From contig JBLDXI010000023.1 in assembly GCA_047495785.1 (NCBI GenBank), positions 310,001 to 374,000 on the forward strand: DNA of 64,000 bases, written 5' to 3'. This DNA is from Lepidodermella squamata (taxonomy: Eukaryota > Animalia > Gastrotricha). Below are positions 1 to 11,226 of this stretch, piece by piece; positions within the stretch are counted from its first letter, which is position 1, and each line of letters begins with the position of its first letter. The notes beneath the pieces are model-generated. The model did no database searches and was not told the DNA's origin. It worked only from the letters and a program-made list of their open reading frames with translations. Both the position numbers and the translations under genes were made by a program.

Positions 1-2043
1 GATATTGTCGAGGCCGCGCGCAACCATGGTATCTCTGATGACGCAGCTCTCGCTGAAGTTGAATGTGTTGACGTCGACGCTAATGTAGACGACCAGGTAG
101 CTGGCATGAAACCGAAATCCTTGAAGAAGGCACGGTCAGATTCGAGACCTTATATTTTAAGAGTTTGGCCGCACGTTGCCATGGATAAAAGTAGTGAGGA
201 GTACTGTCGTATTCAACTGCTATTATTTAAGCCTTTTCGTGTTGAGACTAGCGTCATGAATGGCTTTCCTAATCATGTTGAAGCTTTTGCTAGTTTCCTA
301 GCTGAGCAACATATGTTCGATCCTAATTGTGAAGCAGGTCATCAGGCGTTAGATCTTGAAGGGCAAATATTTCAATCAAGTCTGCCGTCGTCTGTTGCAC
401 CTGATAGCCAGGAAATTGTTCGGCAAAATCAAAGACTTCGCTTCATGAGCATGGTAGTAGCAGCAACAGGGCCTGGAAATTCAATATCTTCGGCGGGTTT
501 TCATACCGATCGACTTGGTGAACGATTAGATGACGTTGTTAACGATTGGTTAGAACCTGGGCGTTTTTATGGTTCAAACTTGGTTGATCAAATGGTCGCG
601 TTTATCGATGTCGAAAAAAAGAAGTCCAAAGTTACTGACTCTGATGATGAAAGTGGCGAAATCTCTGATTCAAACGAGCAACAGTCACAGCTTGTAATTC
701 ATCCTAATGTAATGTTGGACGAGATAAATTATGGTGTTGATATTGATCGTCTGACGCCTGATCAGCGGCGTTTCGTCGACTACGTGTTAAACCATGCGAA
801 GAAATCTATTTTAGATGGTGAAGCTTTGTCACCGCTTCGTCTTATTTGCTGTGGGAAAGCTGGGTCTGGCAAGAGTTTTGCCATGAATATATTGGTCAGT
901 GCAATAACGCGCATGGCTGTTGATGCTCGATGCTCTAAACCCAATTTTCCTGTTGTCCAAAGAACGGCTCCAACTGGTTGCGCAGCGAAATTGATCCATG
1001 GTCAGACTATCCACAATTTTATTGGTATAGTTGGCAATGAGAATTGGAACTCATCAAAAGGCCTTACCCATCTTAGCGATAGCCGGGCGACAAGTTTGAA
1101 ACGAAAATACGCCAACACACGTTATATTCTCCTTGACGAGATGTCTATGCTTGGCTGTCGTGGTATATATGCAGTTCATGACAGGCTAACTCAAATATTC
1201 GGTACAGATAAGGCATCTATTTTTGCGAACATCTCCTTCATTTTGATGGGCGATTTTGGGCAAATTGCTCCAATTGGTGACAACCCGCTTTATTTGGGCA
1301 ATTCCTGTGACCAGCGAAGCATAGCTGGCCACGAAATTTACCTGTCGTTCAAAGCGGCTGTAGTTTTGGAATCTGATATGCGTCAGTCGGGTTATAATAT
1401 CGAGCAAATTCGCTTTCGTCAATTATTGAGCAACATCCGTGAGAACGCTACAACAGATGAAGACGTCAACTTGATTAAATCTCGCCATTTGAACAATCTA
1501 CCGGCAGAAGAACGCTCACGTTTTGATCACGCTATTCGTCTATTTTACAGCCGTAAAGAGGTCGATGCATTTAATTGGACATGTTTGCGATCAAGTGGCT
1601 GTTCAGTAGCTAGGATGGATGCCATTTGCCACGGTGAAGGCTCGAGCAATCGCGCTGCTGATAAAGCGAGTAACCTTGAGAAAACAATTTTTTTGTCCAA
1701 AGGTAGTCGCGTTATGCTAAATTCCAATGTGTGGACTGATGCTGGTTTGGTGAATGGCAGTTTTGGTATTATTATTGATATTATTTACCAAGCGATACGT
1801 GGGGCTGAGCAAATTTCTGGCCCGCCTTCGTTGCCAGTTGCTGTTCTTGTTGAATTTGACGATTATGATGGCCCAGCAATGACGTTGCCTGTTGGAAGAC
1901 TTGGCGAAACTGAGGTAAACCAACGTTTCAATCGCGTTGTACCTATCGTTCCTATCAAGCGCACTTTTAAAATTGGCAACAATCCGGCTCAACTTGAACG
2001 GACTCAAATTCCATTACAGGTTTTTATTTATACAATCAACTGA
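1..2043 (+). CDS. PIF1-family SF1B DNA helicase of Helitron/Helentron RepHel type; partial
   Basis: The frame is open from base 1. Motifs: Walker A GKAGSGKS, APTGCAA, GQTIH, Walker B LLDEMSM, GDFGQIAP, MRQ, GLVNGS and QIPL. The upstream EEYCRIQLLLFKPFR resembles the segment preceding the helicase in RepHel proteins. Similarity stops at QIPLQ (possible GT donor near 2020); the expected AxTxHKxQG motif was not found downstream. Confidence 0.85.
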   Translation, partial: DIVEAARNHGISDDAALAEVECVDVDANVDDQVAGMKPKSLKKARSDSRPYILRVWPHVAMDKSSEEYCRIQLLLFKPFRVETSVMNGFPNHVEAFASFLAEQHMFDPNCEAGHQALDLEGQIFQSSLPSSVAPDSQEIVRQNQRLRFMSMVVAATGPGNSISSAGFHTDRLGERLDDVVNDWLEPGRFYGSNLVDQMVAFIDVEKKKSKVTDSDDESGEISDSNEQQSQLVIHPNVMLDEINYGVDIDRLTPDQRRFVDYVLNHAKKSILDGEALSPLRLICCGKAGSGKSFAMNILVSAITRMAVDARCSKPNFPVVQRTAPTGCAAKLIHGQTIHNFIGIVGNENWNSSKGLTHLSDSRATSLKRKYANTRYILLDEMSMLGCRGIYAVHDRLTQIFGTDKASIFANISFILMGDFGQIAPIGDNPLYLGNSCDQRSIAGHEIYLSFKAAVVLESDMRQSGYNIEQIRFRQLLSNIRENATTDEDVNLIKSRHLNNLPAEERSRFDHAIRLFYSRKEVDAFNWTCLRSSGCSVARMDAICHGEGSSNRAADKASNLEKTIFLSKGSRVMLNSNVWTDAGLVNGSFGIIIDIIYQAIRGAEQISGPPSLPVAVLVEFDDYDGPAMTLPVGRLGETEVNQRFNRVVPIVPIKRTFKIGNNPAQLERTQIPLQVFIYTIN

Positions 2044-3509
2044 AAGTGATCGGTACGGCTTACAATTATATAACGTGTCTATTTCTGGAAATTTATTTCG
2101 CACATTATATTAGGTGTTTACTATTCACTCATAATTGACGATTGATTACGGATTACCGATTGACGCGGATCCGAAAGTGTCAACACCAGCTCTTCAAACA
2201 GAAGTGGTACCTACATTGATTCGATCAAGCAAAAACGATGACAGATTGATGGAAGGTAGAAGCTAGTCATCAGTGTAAAACATAGGTAGTTGTTTCTATT
2301 ATTGATCATCAATCTCGCTCACTCTCATTTGGCTTGCCAGTCGCTCTACAAATTAAGTTCACCATCCCTCGATAAAGATCTATGCTGCAATAAAAGGACG
2401 ATCAACCTGCTGACTGAAGACTTATCGCAAGATGCTAGCGACACGCTGAGAGGTTTTTCTCATTTATTGAAGAAACCATGGCTATTACTGAAAATTTCTC
2501 TTCTTCATCAGATTATGGAAATCGGCATAGTTTTGGTGACTTGTGACTATACACACCTCGGTGATAAGGTGCGACGAAAAATTACGACGGCATACCGACT
2601 CAGACAAACATTTGAAAAACCTGATGTAATCCAATCTAATTCAAGCTGTTCATTGAATAATGGAATAATTTTCAATAAAATGAACAATCGTATGCTTTAA
2701 TTACTGGCTGGTACTTATTTTGCGTTGACCGAGCCGTGAAATTGTTAAAATCAATGTTTACAACACAGAGAATACATTTTATTATTTATCACATGTCATA
2801 CAATTGATTGAGACAAGAAACAAGACTTTAGGAATTAATTGTTAGTTATCACTTCTGGCATCTGATAGGAGAAACGTACAGGGTCTGGCAGAAGTTTAGA
2901 ATAAATCTTGATAGATTTCCGGATCTTGGAATTCGCGATTCAACGTTGTAATACCCCGATTAGAGGATTTCACTCAGAATCTTAGTTAGCAACACGAGTG
3001 CCGGAGACAAGGAGGATTTGCGTTGTAAGTCTAAAATTTCCTGGATGATCCCTCTGTTCCTGTCAAGTCAAGAGAAAGCTACAAACAGAGGACATAAGAT
3101 TCGGGGGGTTGGGGGGCGCGGCCCCCAGTCAAGAATAATGTTGTGAAATGCCTGATTGTTACAGGCCCCCATTTCAAAAAGGATCATACTTTTAACTACA
3201 CTAAATTCACTTCTTTTCCCATTAAATTCCTTCTTTTTACATTTAAAACATTTTCTGCCATTATCCACTCTTTTTCCACATTATAAATACTCTTTTTTCC
3301 ATTAAATTCAAATTAAATCCGATGGTCCCTGTGGCGAGAAGAACAAGGCTAGTAGCTCTACTGGCAGGTGAAAGACACAACCCGATAGGAGGCAGTTGGG
3401 GAAGACGATGATGATAGCTTCGATAACGGCCTTCTCGAAATCGACCATCCAGGTGATAGGCGACAACGTTGGACACACTGATCGTTACTGTTGTTCAATA
3501 TCCATTTAT

Positions 3510-3670
3510 AAAGATTAAGCTGCCCAATTCGCCCCATAACACCTGCCCCATACCTGGGGCGAATTGAGATACATGAATTTTCGGAATCAGGACCCTTGGA
3601 AACGTGTAAATATGCAATAAAATCAGGGGGTAATTTTTTTTCACTGCCCAACTCGCCCCAAATGACGGTA
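3510..3670. repeat. Partial MITE-like end (TGCCCAAYTCGCCCCA repeats, ...GACGG|TA terminus)
   Basis: Two direct copies and one inverted copy of the motif, ending ATGACGG-TA like a Tc1/mariner-pogo end. No partner end was seen. Confidence 0.35.
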
Positions 3671-3829
3671 ATCTCTTGTTGAGAACGACAGCGTTTTTAC
3701 CTGAAATTCCATCTCTTAATGCCAAGGGTGTTTGTTATCAAATGAGCACCGCCAGGATCGTAGCCGAAAAAAGCGAGAGAACAACCATACAATAGAACAA
3801 TATTGTCAGTGTATTTTTGGGCATGTCTA

Positions 3830-4195
3830 ATTCCGCCGGGCTCGGGCTCCGGCATGATACCCGAGACCCGAGCGAAAAGAGCGACGGTCGCCCGCACGGT
3901 TGTCGAGGTCCACATTATGGCCAGATTCAGAGGTTCCTCACTAGGACAGCCCAAGTACGGCGACAACCCAACGTTTCCCACCGAGCTCGGGCCGACACCT
4001 CGACTGGCACGTGTGCAGTCAAGCTTGTCAAGCAGTCAAGCGAGATTTGGTAAAATTCGTTGAATTTACCGTGTTTCATACAGGCGCGTTCTAGGTAAGC
4101 CCGAGCGCGGAATGGCAAAGCGCCGTTGTCCGACCGCACACGGGCCGGCCAAAACGCATACGGGCCGAAATCGGGCTTGGGATAGGGCCCCTACA
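3830..4195. mobile_element. Right terminus of a TGT...ACA element related to 13843-19802
   Basis: 3960-4195 aligns by eye with the reverse complement of 13843-14050 and with 19740-19802. It ends GGGCCCCTACA, versus GGGCCCCAACA at 19802. Confidence 0.7.
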
Positions 4196-5069
4196 CCAAA
4201 CAGCGTTGAATAACTCGGATTTAAGCTTGTTTACATCCCTTTCAAGGTGACGGGTAGCGCGGGTGACAAGCAAAAAGCAGCGTTTTTCAATGTGAATGAA
4301 GAAGCAATATATGACGCGATTGTTATTCGACGACGCTAACAATATGACTTGCTCGATTCTTAGAAACATAAAAGCAGTCCCCAGCGGAAAACGTTTGCGC
4401 AGCGCCGGACTCTCCATGTTTTCATTGCTGCAACTAGACGTGCATGCCATAAGCTCTGACGGTATCGAGAAAATACCGAAATTGGCACACCTCTTGAGGT
4501 GCGCCCAAGCATACATCACCATGAACAAGTCGCCTAATAGTAAATGTAGTCGTTGAACGTTAAAGCAAGGGGTATGCAGAGATGCTTCGCGACTCGATTA
4601 TCGATACCACGCAGCGTTGTCGTGCTTCTCTGGCGTGTTCCCCTAAAGGTTAATAGATTAAAGACCAGGAATCATGAGCTGCTGCATGTTTGGACGGGAT
4701 TCTGAATCATGCACCCCCAGATCGAAACGAGGAAATTTATTTCGAAAAAGGGATTAGAAAAAGTATCAACCACCGATGTAGCGCCAAAACAAGCTGATCA
4801 AAGACCAAACAAGCGATGAAGCATAAGGAATTTATTTAGAGCACATTGGTCAGATATTTTGTCAGTACGGTTTTTACGCGCACTGTGAGAATTGGGGGCC
4901 GCGCACATCTTATGGATGATAAGCAATAGGCGAATGCACTAAGACAATTGAATTCATTGAGAAAATGAGGAAAGAGCATTTTCTTTAATAAGCGCAATAG
5001 CAGCACATTGCGTATCGATATCTGCGTATCGATTTTCGAATTCTAAGATTTCTTAAATAATAATTTACC

Positions 5070-5920
5070 ATGGCCCAACTCAATCTGGAGACGGCGGAAC
5101 AATTTGCGACGCTAAACCAGCTGATCGATGACGTGGCTGATCTCGAACTACGAGATAAAATTCGTAGGTCGGTGGCGATCATCCAAAACGGAGTGCTGGT
5201 GGGCATTTTCGCCAAACAAGCTCGAGACGACAAGGAGATGTTGGAGCACTTGGCCGAAAAAATCGCCAACGAAGATTTACTCGTCATTTCTGGACTTCCA
5301 GAGAAAAACTGGCAAGAGGAGGTGAAAAAGCTGTTGCCGATAAACCTCCCTAAGTGGACAATCCAGGAACGCAAGGCTGATGGGTCGGTTGTCATCGAGC
5401 TGATCGAGGACGCAAGGCAAGCCAAACAGCGAATCTTTGCGGAGGCTAGAAAGTGGAGGTCGCCACTTAGGGCCTCGAACCCAGCAACTGGCCACATCCG
5501 CGAGGTGGGCGAGCTCCTCGAAAAGGAGAAGAAGGTCCTGGAGGAACAAGGTTTCCAAGGACTCGAAATACGAGGGGCGAACCTCGTACAAGGCAGAAAG
5601 ATCTGACGAGATATTTCTCTCGTGGGAACAGGCTAGTAGCCAAGCATGCGCCTATGGAGGACTTCAAGCCGGAAGAAAAGCCAGTTGGACCACAGTGCTT
5701 TGGCTGTTTTGAGTACGGACACATGCGATATCAATGCCCGAACCAAAACAACGGAAATGGCTACTACCGAAACAACTTCAACGGTTTCGACAACAACTAC
5801 CAGCAACGTCGTCCCGGGGGAAACAACTTCCGTGACGAATACCACGGCAACCGTAACAATTATAACGGCAACAACTACAACGGCAACAACTATGGCTATG
5901 GCCGCCGGCCCAACTGGTAG
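5070..5920 (+). pseudogene. LINE ORF1/gag-like region with CCHC zinc knuckle, frameshifted
   Basis: The helical N-terminal ORF 5070-5606 shifts frame into 5654-5920. That ORF has CFGCFEYGHMRYQC (CX2CX4HX4C) and an N/G/Y-rich low-complexity tract. Confidence 0.75.
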
Positions 5921-5989
5921 GCCGGGCACCACCCACTCCCAACGCTCAACAGATTCGAACTATTAGCTGACTATGATGACTTTCGATCA

Positions 5990-8900
5990 GTGACCTGTGA
6001 TGAAGATGATGAGGACAATGGAGAGGGCGAAGGCAGCATGAAAAATGGCAAGAAACTACCTATAAAACGGCTAAAACGTAAGAGTAAAACAACCTTGCGC
6101 CAATCATCAAAAATTAAGGACGATAATGTTTTCAAAATTTGTACTATCAACACTACTACGCTAAATAGGAAAGAAGAGGAAACAAATTCTGAACTTCGTC
6201 TATATGACGCAGTGGCTTTGCAAGAGCACTGCAAAAAAGGCCAAGGCCGTATAAATCTTAGGCATGGCACGATTTATTATAGTGGCGTAAATGATGGTAA
6301 GGCACAATCAGGGGCCGCACTATATGTTAGACGATGCAAATATATACATGTCATCGAGGTCAAATATATCAATGAACGTATTATATCGGCTAGGCTTAAA
6401 GTAAATCGCGATATGTTTAACATTATTTCCGTCTACGCACCAGCAAATAATTGCACCAAAACCATAGATAAATAAAAAAGAGAGATCTGACACGCTAGTA
6501 CATTTATGTGTGCCGAAATGATTCATCAAGAGTTTTTGCTTCTTGGTCGCGTGACCTGAAAATCACTTGTCAACATCATTATAAAAAATACGGCATAATC
6601 TACGCAAGTGACAAGTGATTTCGGGTGGCTACTTCACCTCAATTTATCTCAAAACACACCCCCTTCGATTTTCTCCGAACTAATTTTATTTTGAAGTATC
6701 AAACTCGAGCGACATCTACATTTTTTCCGAATTCGCGGCCGGCCTTCCGTTAATTTTCTAGAATTTTTCAAATCTTCCTAATTTCAGCAATCAATTTAAT
6801 AGCGCTAGGTTTTTTTTGTTGGTGTGAATCATAATTATTGCAAGTGACGCCGTGATTCATCAGGCGATTTTTTGCAAAAAGCTCGAAAAAGCAATAATAA
6901 TCACTGTGCGGAAACGTGCTTTTTTAAAAAAATGTCAACGAAAAACCATTCCCTGGCCGGAAATTCCGATTTAACAAGGGTTGAGTTGAAGGTGAGATCT
7001 ACATGCCCTATTTTTTTCGAGAAAATCGAAGGGGGTGTGTTTTGAGATAAATTGAGGTGAAGTAGCCACCCGAAATCACTTGTCACTTGCGTAGATTATG
7101 CCGTATTTTTTATAATGATGTTGACAAGTGATTTTCAGGTCACGCGACCAAGAAGCAAAAACTCTTGATGAATCATTTCGGCACACATAAATGTACTAGC
7201 GTGTCAGATCTCTCTTTTTTATTTATCTATGACCAAAACATTAGACGCCTTTCTTCAAGTACTGCAACAAGAATATGCGCGTTTGAACTCAAAAACAGGC
7301 ACTACAATTGTAATGGGAGATTTGAACGGCCGGATTATGAGTGCACAAAAATCAAAAACTGTAGGCCCTTATGGTGATAACATTAGAAATGATAAAGGAG
7401 ATTTATGGATTGAATTTGCAAACAGCAACAATCTGTGTTTTATTAATACGTTTTTCCCCAACATTGGGTACACATGGCAAAGGGGCAACGGAAAAACCCT
7501 TCGTAGATCCTTCTTAGACTACATCTTGGTCGATAAAAGCGAAAAAGATAAATTTGATGTTTGCGACGTTCAGGAAGAACCCATACTCGAATCAGATCAT
7601 AGGCTAGTTCGTGGTGTTATTAAGTGCCCAAACTTTCAACGGAAAAAGGTTGACATTAAAAAATCAATTAAACATCATTTGCTTAGGAATGAGGAAAACA
7701 GTTCCAAGTTTAATGAAATTTTAGCTAGCAACATCGCATATGAAAACGAAAACCCTGTCTCAATAGAAGAGAAGTGGGTGAACACTAAATCTAACCTACT
7801 GGATGCTGCCAGATCCTCCTGCGGTGAACGAAAAGTAGGCAAAATTAGCGAAAAACCGCCACATAGACCGAGAGAATTATACAATAGCTAGAAATGAGAA
7901 AAATCAGGCCCTTGAACGCTTGAAAATTATTAAGGATCAAACTGAATTTTCTGAATTGGACAAATTACTTGAAAATCCGACTGATTATGATAATATCAAA
8001 AAATTCTGGCTGGAAATAAAAAAATTGAGGGGAGAAAATAGAGAGAAAAGCGAACCCAATCCTCTTGAAAAAGAAGACGGCTCACTTACCAGCGGAATTG
8101 ACGAAATATTAGAAGTTATGAAAAAGTATTTCATTGATCTTCTACAAGGACTTGAAAAGGAACCCAATAACCCCGACGATTAAATTCTATTAGATAAAAA
8201 TCCAAATTTAACGGAAATTACTCTCACCGAAATTAAAAATGCCATCGACCACATGAAAAACGGTAAAGCCCCGGGTATAGATGAAGTAAGACCCGAAATG
8301 ATCAAAGCTCTGAGCGAGGCCAATATTGAATGGCTCAGGGAAATTTTGAATCGAGCTTGGATAGATAAGAGGGTCCCAGAAGAATGGTCAACGGCTATAA
8401 TTACCCCAATTTATAAAAATAAAGGTGAGAAATCAAAATGCCAAAATTACAGAGGCATCAGCCTCTTAAGTGTTGTAGGAAAACTCTATGCCATTATTCT
8501 CGAACGAAAATTGAGAGCATTAATTGGGTCAAAAATTTCTAAACTGCAATTTGGTTTTCAACCCCTCAAGGGCACCAGAGACTGCATTTACGTTCTCCGA
8601 CAAATTATTGAGAAAATTATATTCTTTAAGAAGGAACTCCACCTAGTCTTCATCGATCTCGAAAAAGCCTATGATCTGGTGGACAGGGAAAAAGTATGGG
8701 CCGCCCTCCAAAATATGGGTGTAGAACCCAGCTTAATTGAAGCTATTCAAAGTCTATATAAAGTAAATAAAGTTGCTGTTAGAGTCGATTCTGAGCTCTC
8801 AGATTTCTTCTATGTTACCAGGGGACTAAGACAGGGTTGCCCGTTGTCTCCTTTGCTATTCATAGCGACCTTCAACAAAATTTGCGAAAAAATATCTGCT

Positions 8901-9960
8901 GAAAAATTAGGCTTTCCTATTAGCGAGACCGCAAACAGCGAGACCGCTATGAGCGAGACTGATTTCCTAAATTTACTAGCGTTTGCTGACGACGGAACAC
9001 TTTTAGGCATGAACCACGACGAAATTTCACGACTACTTCACATTTTCGATTTGGCTTGCACCGAATTAGGTCTGAAAATTAACGCGGCAAAAACTCAATA
9101 TATGATCATTTCTAGAGACGAGTCAGCCACTCAAAATTACGAATTGGAATTGAACGGGAAAAAACTTGAAAAAGTGACCAAATTTAAATATTTAGGGAGC
9201 ATTATTACCAGTGACGGCAAAATCGATGAGGAACTAAACTACAGAATTTCTAAGGCAGGCAGTGTTTTCGGCGCCATGAATAAATTCATGTGCAACAAAA
9301 GTCAGGTTTCCATAGCTACAAAACTTAAGGTACTGACATGTGTTATAATACCTACCATCATTTACGCCTGCGTATCGTGGAACATATCGATAGCCCAAGA
9401 AAATAGACTAAACACTATAGAATATCGATGGCTTCGATCTATAGTATAGGTGTCCACCTAATGGACTATATTCCAAATATAGACATTCGACTTGCGTTAT
9501 GCGGAGGTCTCATTGAAGTGAGCCGCATTGTTGAAAAACAAAGGCTAAGGTATCTAGGGCACATAATTAGGTCACGTGACTATGACGTAGAAGGACTAAT
9601 ACACAAAATATATATTTGGACGCCTCCGCTTGGGTGGTTTGCACCCAGAGGTAGACCTCGAACCAGATGGATCAACGGAGTGCATAGAAGCCTAATTAAA
9701 GTAGGTCTTACTAAGGAAATTCGCCGGAAAAAGAAAACCAATAAGAACAATAAGGTCAAGGATAAGAAAAATAAAGCCACTTAGAAACGAGAAAATAGAA
9801 AAAATCCCGGCGAAAAGGATTTTGAGATCAAAATTATTCCCGGTGTCCAACTAGCGGAATCGGTTTCTTTTGAAAAAGATGAATGGCGCATGGTTGTTAA
9901 CTCGATTGAAAATTACGAATTCTATACAAAAAGCAGAATCCTCGACTGTGGGGGTGGGTG
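5990..9960 (+). pseudogene. LINE APE endonuclease plus reverse transcriptase, disrupted
   Basis: APE motifs: LQE, SVYAP, GDLN, DYIL, SDH. RT motifs: KAPGID, NYRGISL, QFGF, DLEKAYD, GLRQGCPLSP, FADD, FKYLGS. Lesions: MITE insertion at 6463, and stops or frameshifts near 7890, 8181, 9447 and 9782. Confidence 0.92.
6463..7231. mobile_element. Non-autonomous DNA transposon (MITE), P-element-like ends
   Basis: TIRs of 213 bp (6463-6675 and 7019-7231) that look identical by eye. Termini CATAGATA...TATCTATG. 8-bp TSD ACCAAAAC at 6455-6462 and 7232-7239. Removing it restores the APE frame (NNCTKT/LDAF). Confidence 0.93.
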
Positions 9961-11226
9961 AGGATCATTCTTCGCCTGCCTTCGCCCTCTTCAAAACCGG
10001 AAACGGTACACGACGCTCAGTCCCGAAGAGGATAAATAAAAACATTATTATTATTATTATAGCAGCACATCGCGTTGTCGTCGGTCAGTCCTGACAAATT
10101 TTTCGGTCGATCACTCGTGTCTCAGCGGCGAATTATGACGCCGCAAATGCCCGGTGCACGCGAATCCGCACGGCGATACATACATTGCTCTCTTTGCGAT
10201 ATAGTTTTGGCAGATATCCGATATCCGTATTCACGATATAATATGAAATTGTCCGTATGTTTTTCCAATTTTGTGCTGAGAGTCTTTTGTTTGAGCGTAG
10301 GGTTTTCTATAAGTATTAGCGCCATCCCCAGGTGATACGTGATGGTGGACCACAGGTAACTAACGTAGAACCCGTTGACACGGCGTCCATGCGTGACATC
10401 CGTCGTTCTGAGCGAATACTGGGTATTGAGGCATGGAAGAATGTGTCAGTCGAGCTATGCTGATTTGTCTCATTTCTACCATAGCCTTTACCAAGCACTG
10501 CAGCGTATGGGCAGCGGCATCGTGTTCTTCTCCCCTTCCGGTTTCCCGCTAAAGTGTGCGTTGGCCATAATGCCTCAAAGGTTAAAGCCGCGCCTTTTGA
10601 GAGAGATATCCTGGGGTCGATCCCCCGATATTTGATCACCCCGACTGGGTAAGGCAGTCAGTACAGTTTAAAACACGAGATATGGATGCATTGCCGCAAT
10701 CGCACGTTCAAGTTAGCGATTGTGCGCGGGGCGCGTCGAAGTTCCACGGTGACTTTTCCACGGCGCATGAGCATAGCGAGATTAGTAAGATCGCAGTCGA
10801 GAGCCAATAGAGAGTGGCGCTGGCGTGGACGGAGTTTTTTAAGTTATTTCAAAAGAGAAAATCAGACACAATCAATATTCCGCCGTTACCTCCATTTATT
10901 TCCTATTCGAACAGTTCACCGTCGTTTTACCGGTGATCTACTTTCAGTTTGCCTCAAAAGTCCAAAAAACCTTGAAACCTCACACTCCTCTAGGGAAAAG
11001 CAGGTAACGTTATTTTTCCACGGTGAAACTTGTTCAATTTCCTATTGGAACAGTTGCTCAAATTTGCAGAACTTTTCACCGTCGTTTCACCGTTGATCTG
11101 CTCGCAGTTTACCGTGAAACTGCCAGATATATAGGAAATCGCACACTTCAACCCACTCCAAAGCTAAAAGGAAGAATGCGCTACAATAATTTCGACGGCA
11201 TTGTTAATCTTTATCCTCGAGGATAA

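Larger units (their letters stand above)
5009..10060 (+). mobile_element. Full-length decayed non-LTR retrotransposon, RTE/RTEX-like
   Basis: TSD AGCAGCACAT at 4999-5008 and 10061-10070. (ATT)n tail at about 10044-10060. Encodes a zinc knuckle, an APE endonuclease, an RT and an RGRPxTRW C-terminal motif. Confidence 0.92.

Noticed and set aside
2290-2700. 136-aa ORF as the helicase continuation
   Set aside because: It contains no helicase motifs V/VI and has no ATG start or recognisable domain.
5633-5966. Thr-rich mucin-like and Val-rich ORFs
   Set aside because: These are alternative-frame and antisense shadows of the AAC-rich LINE ORF1 tract.
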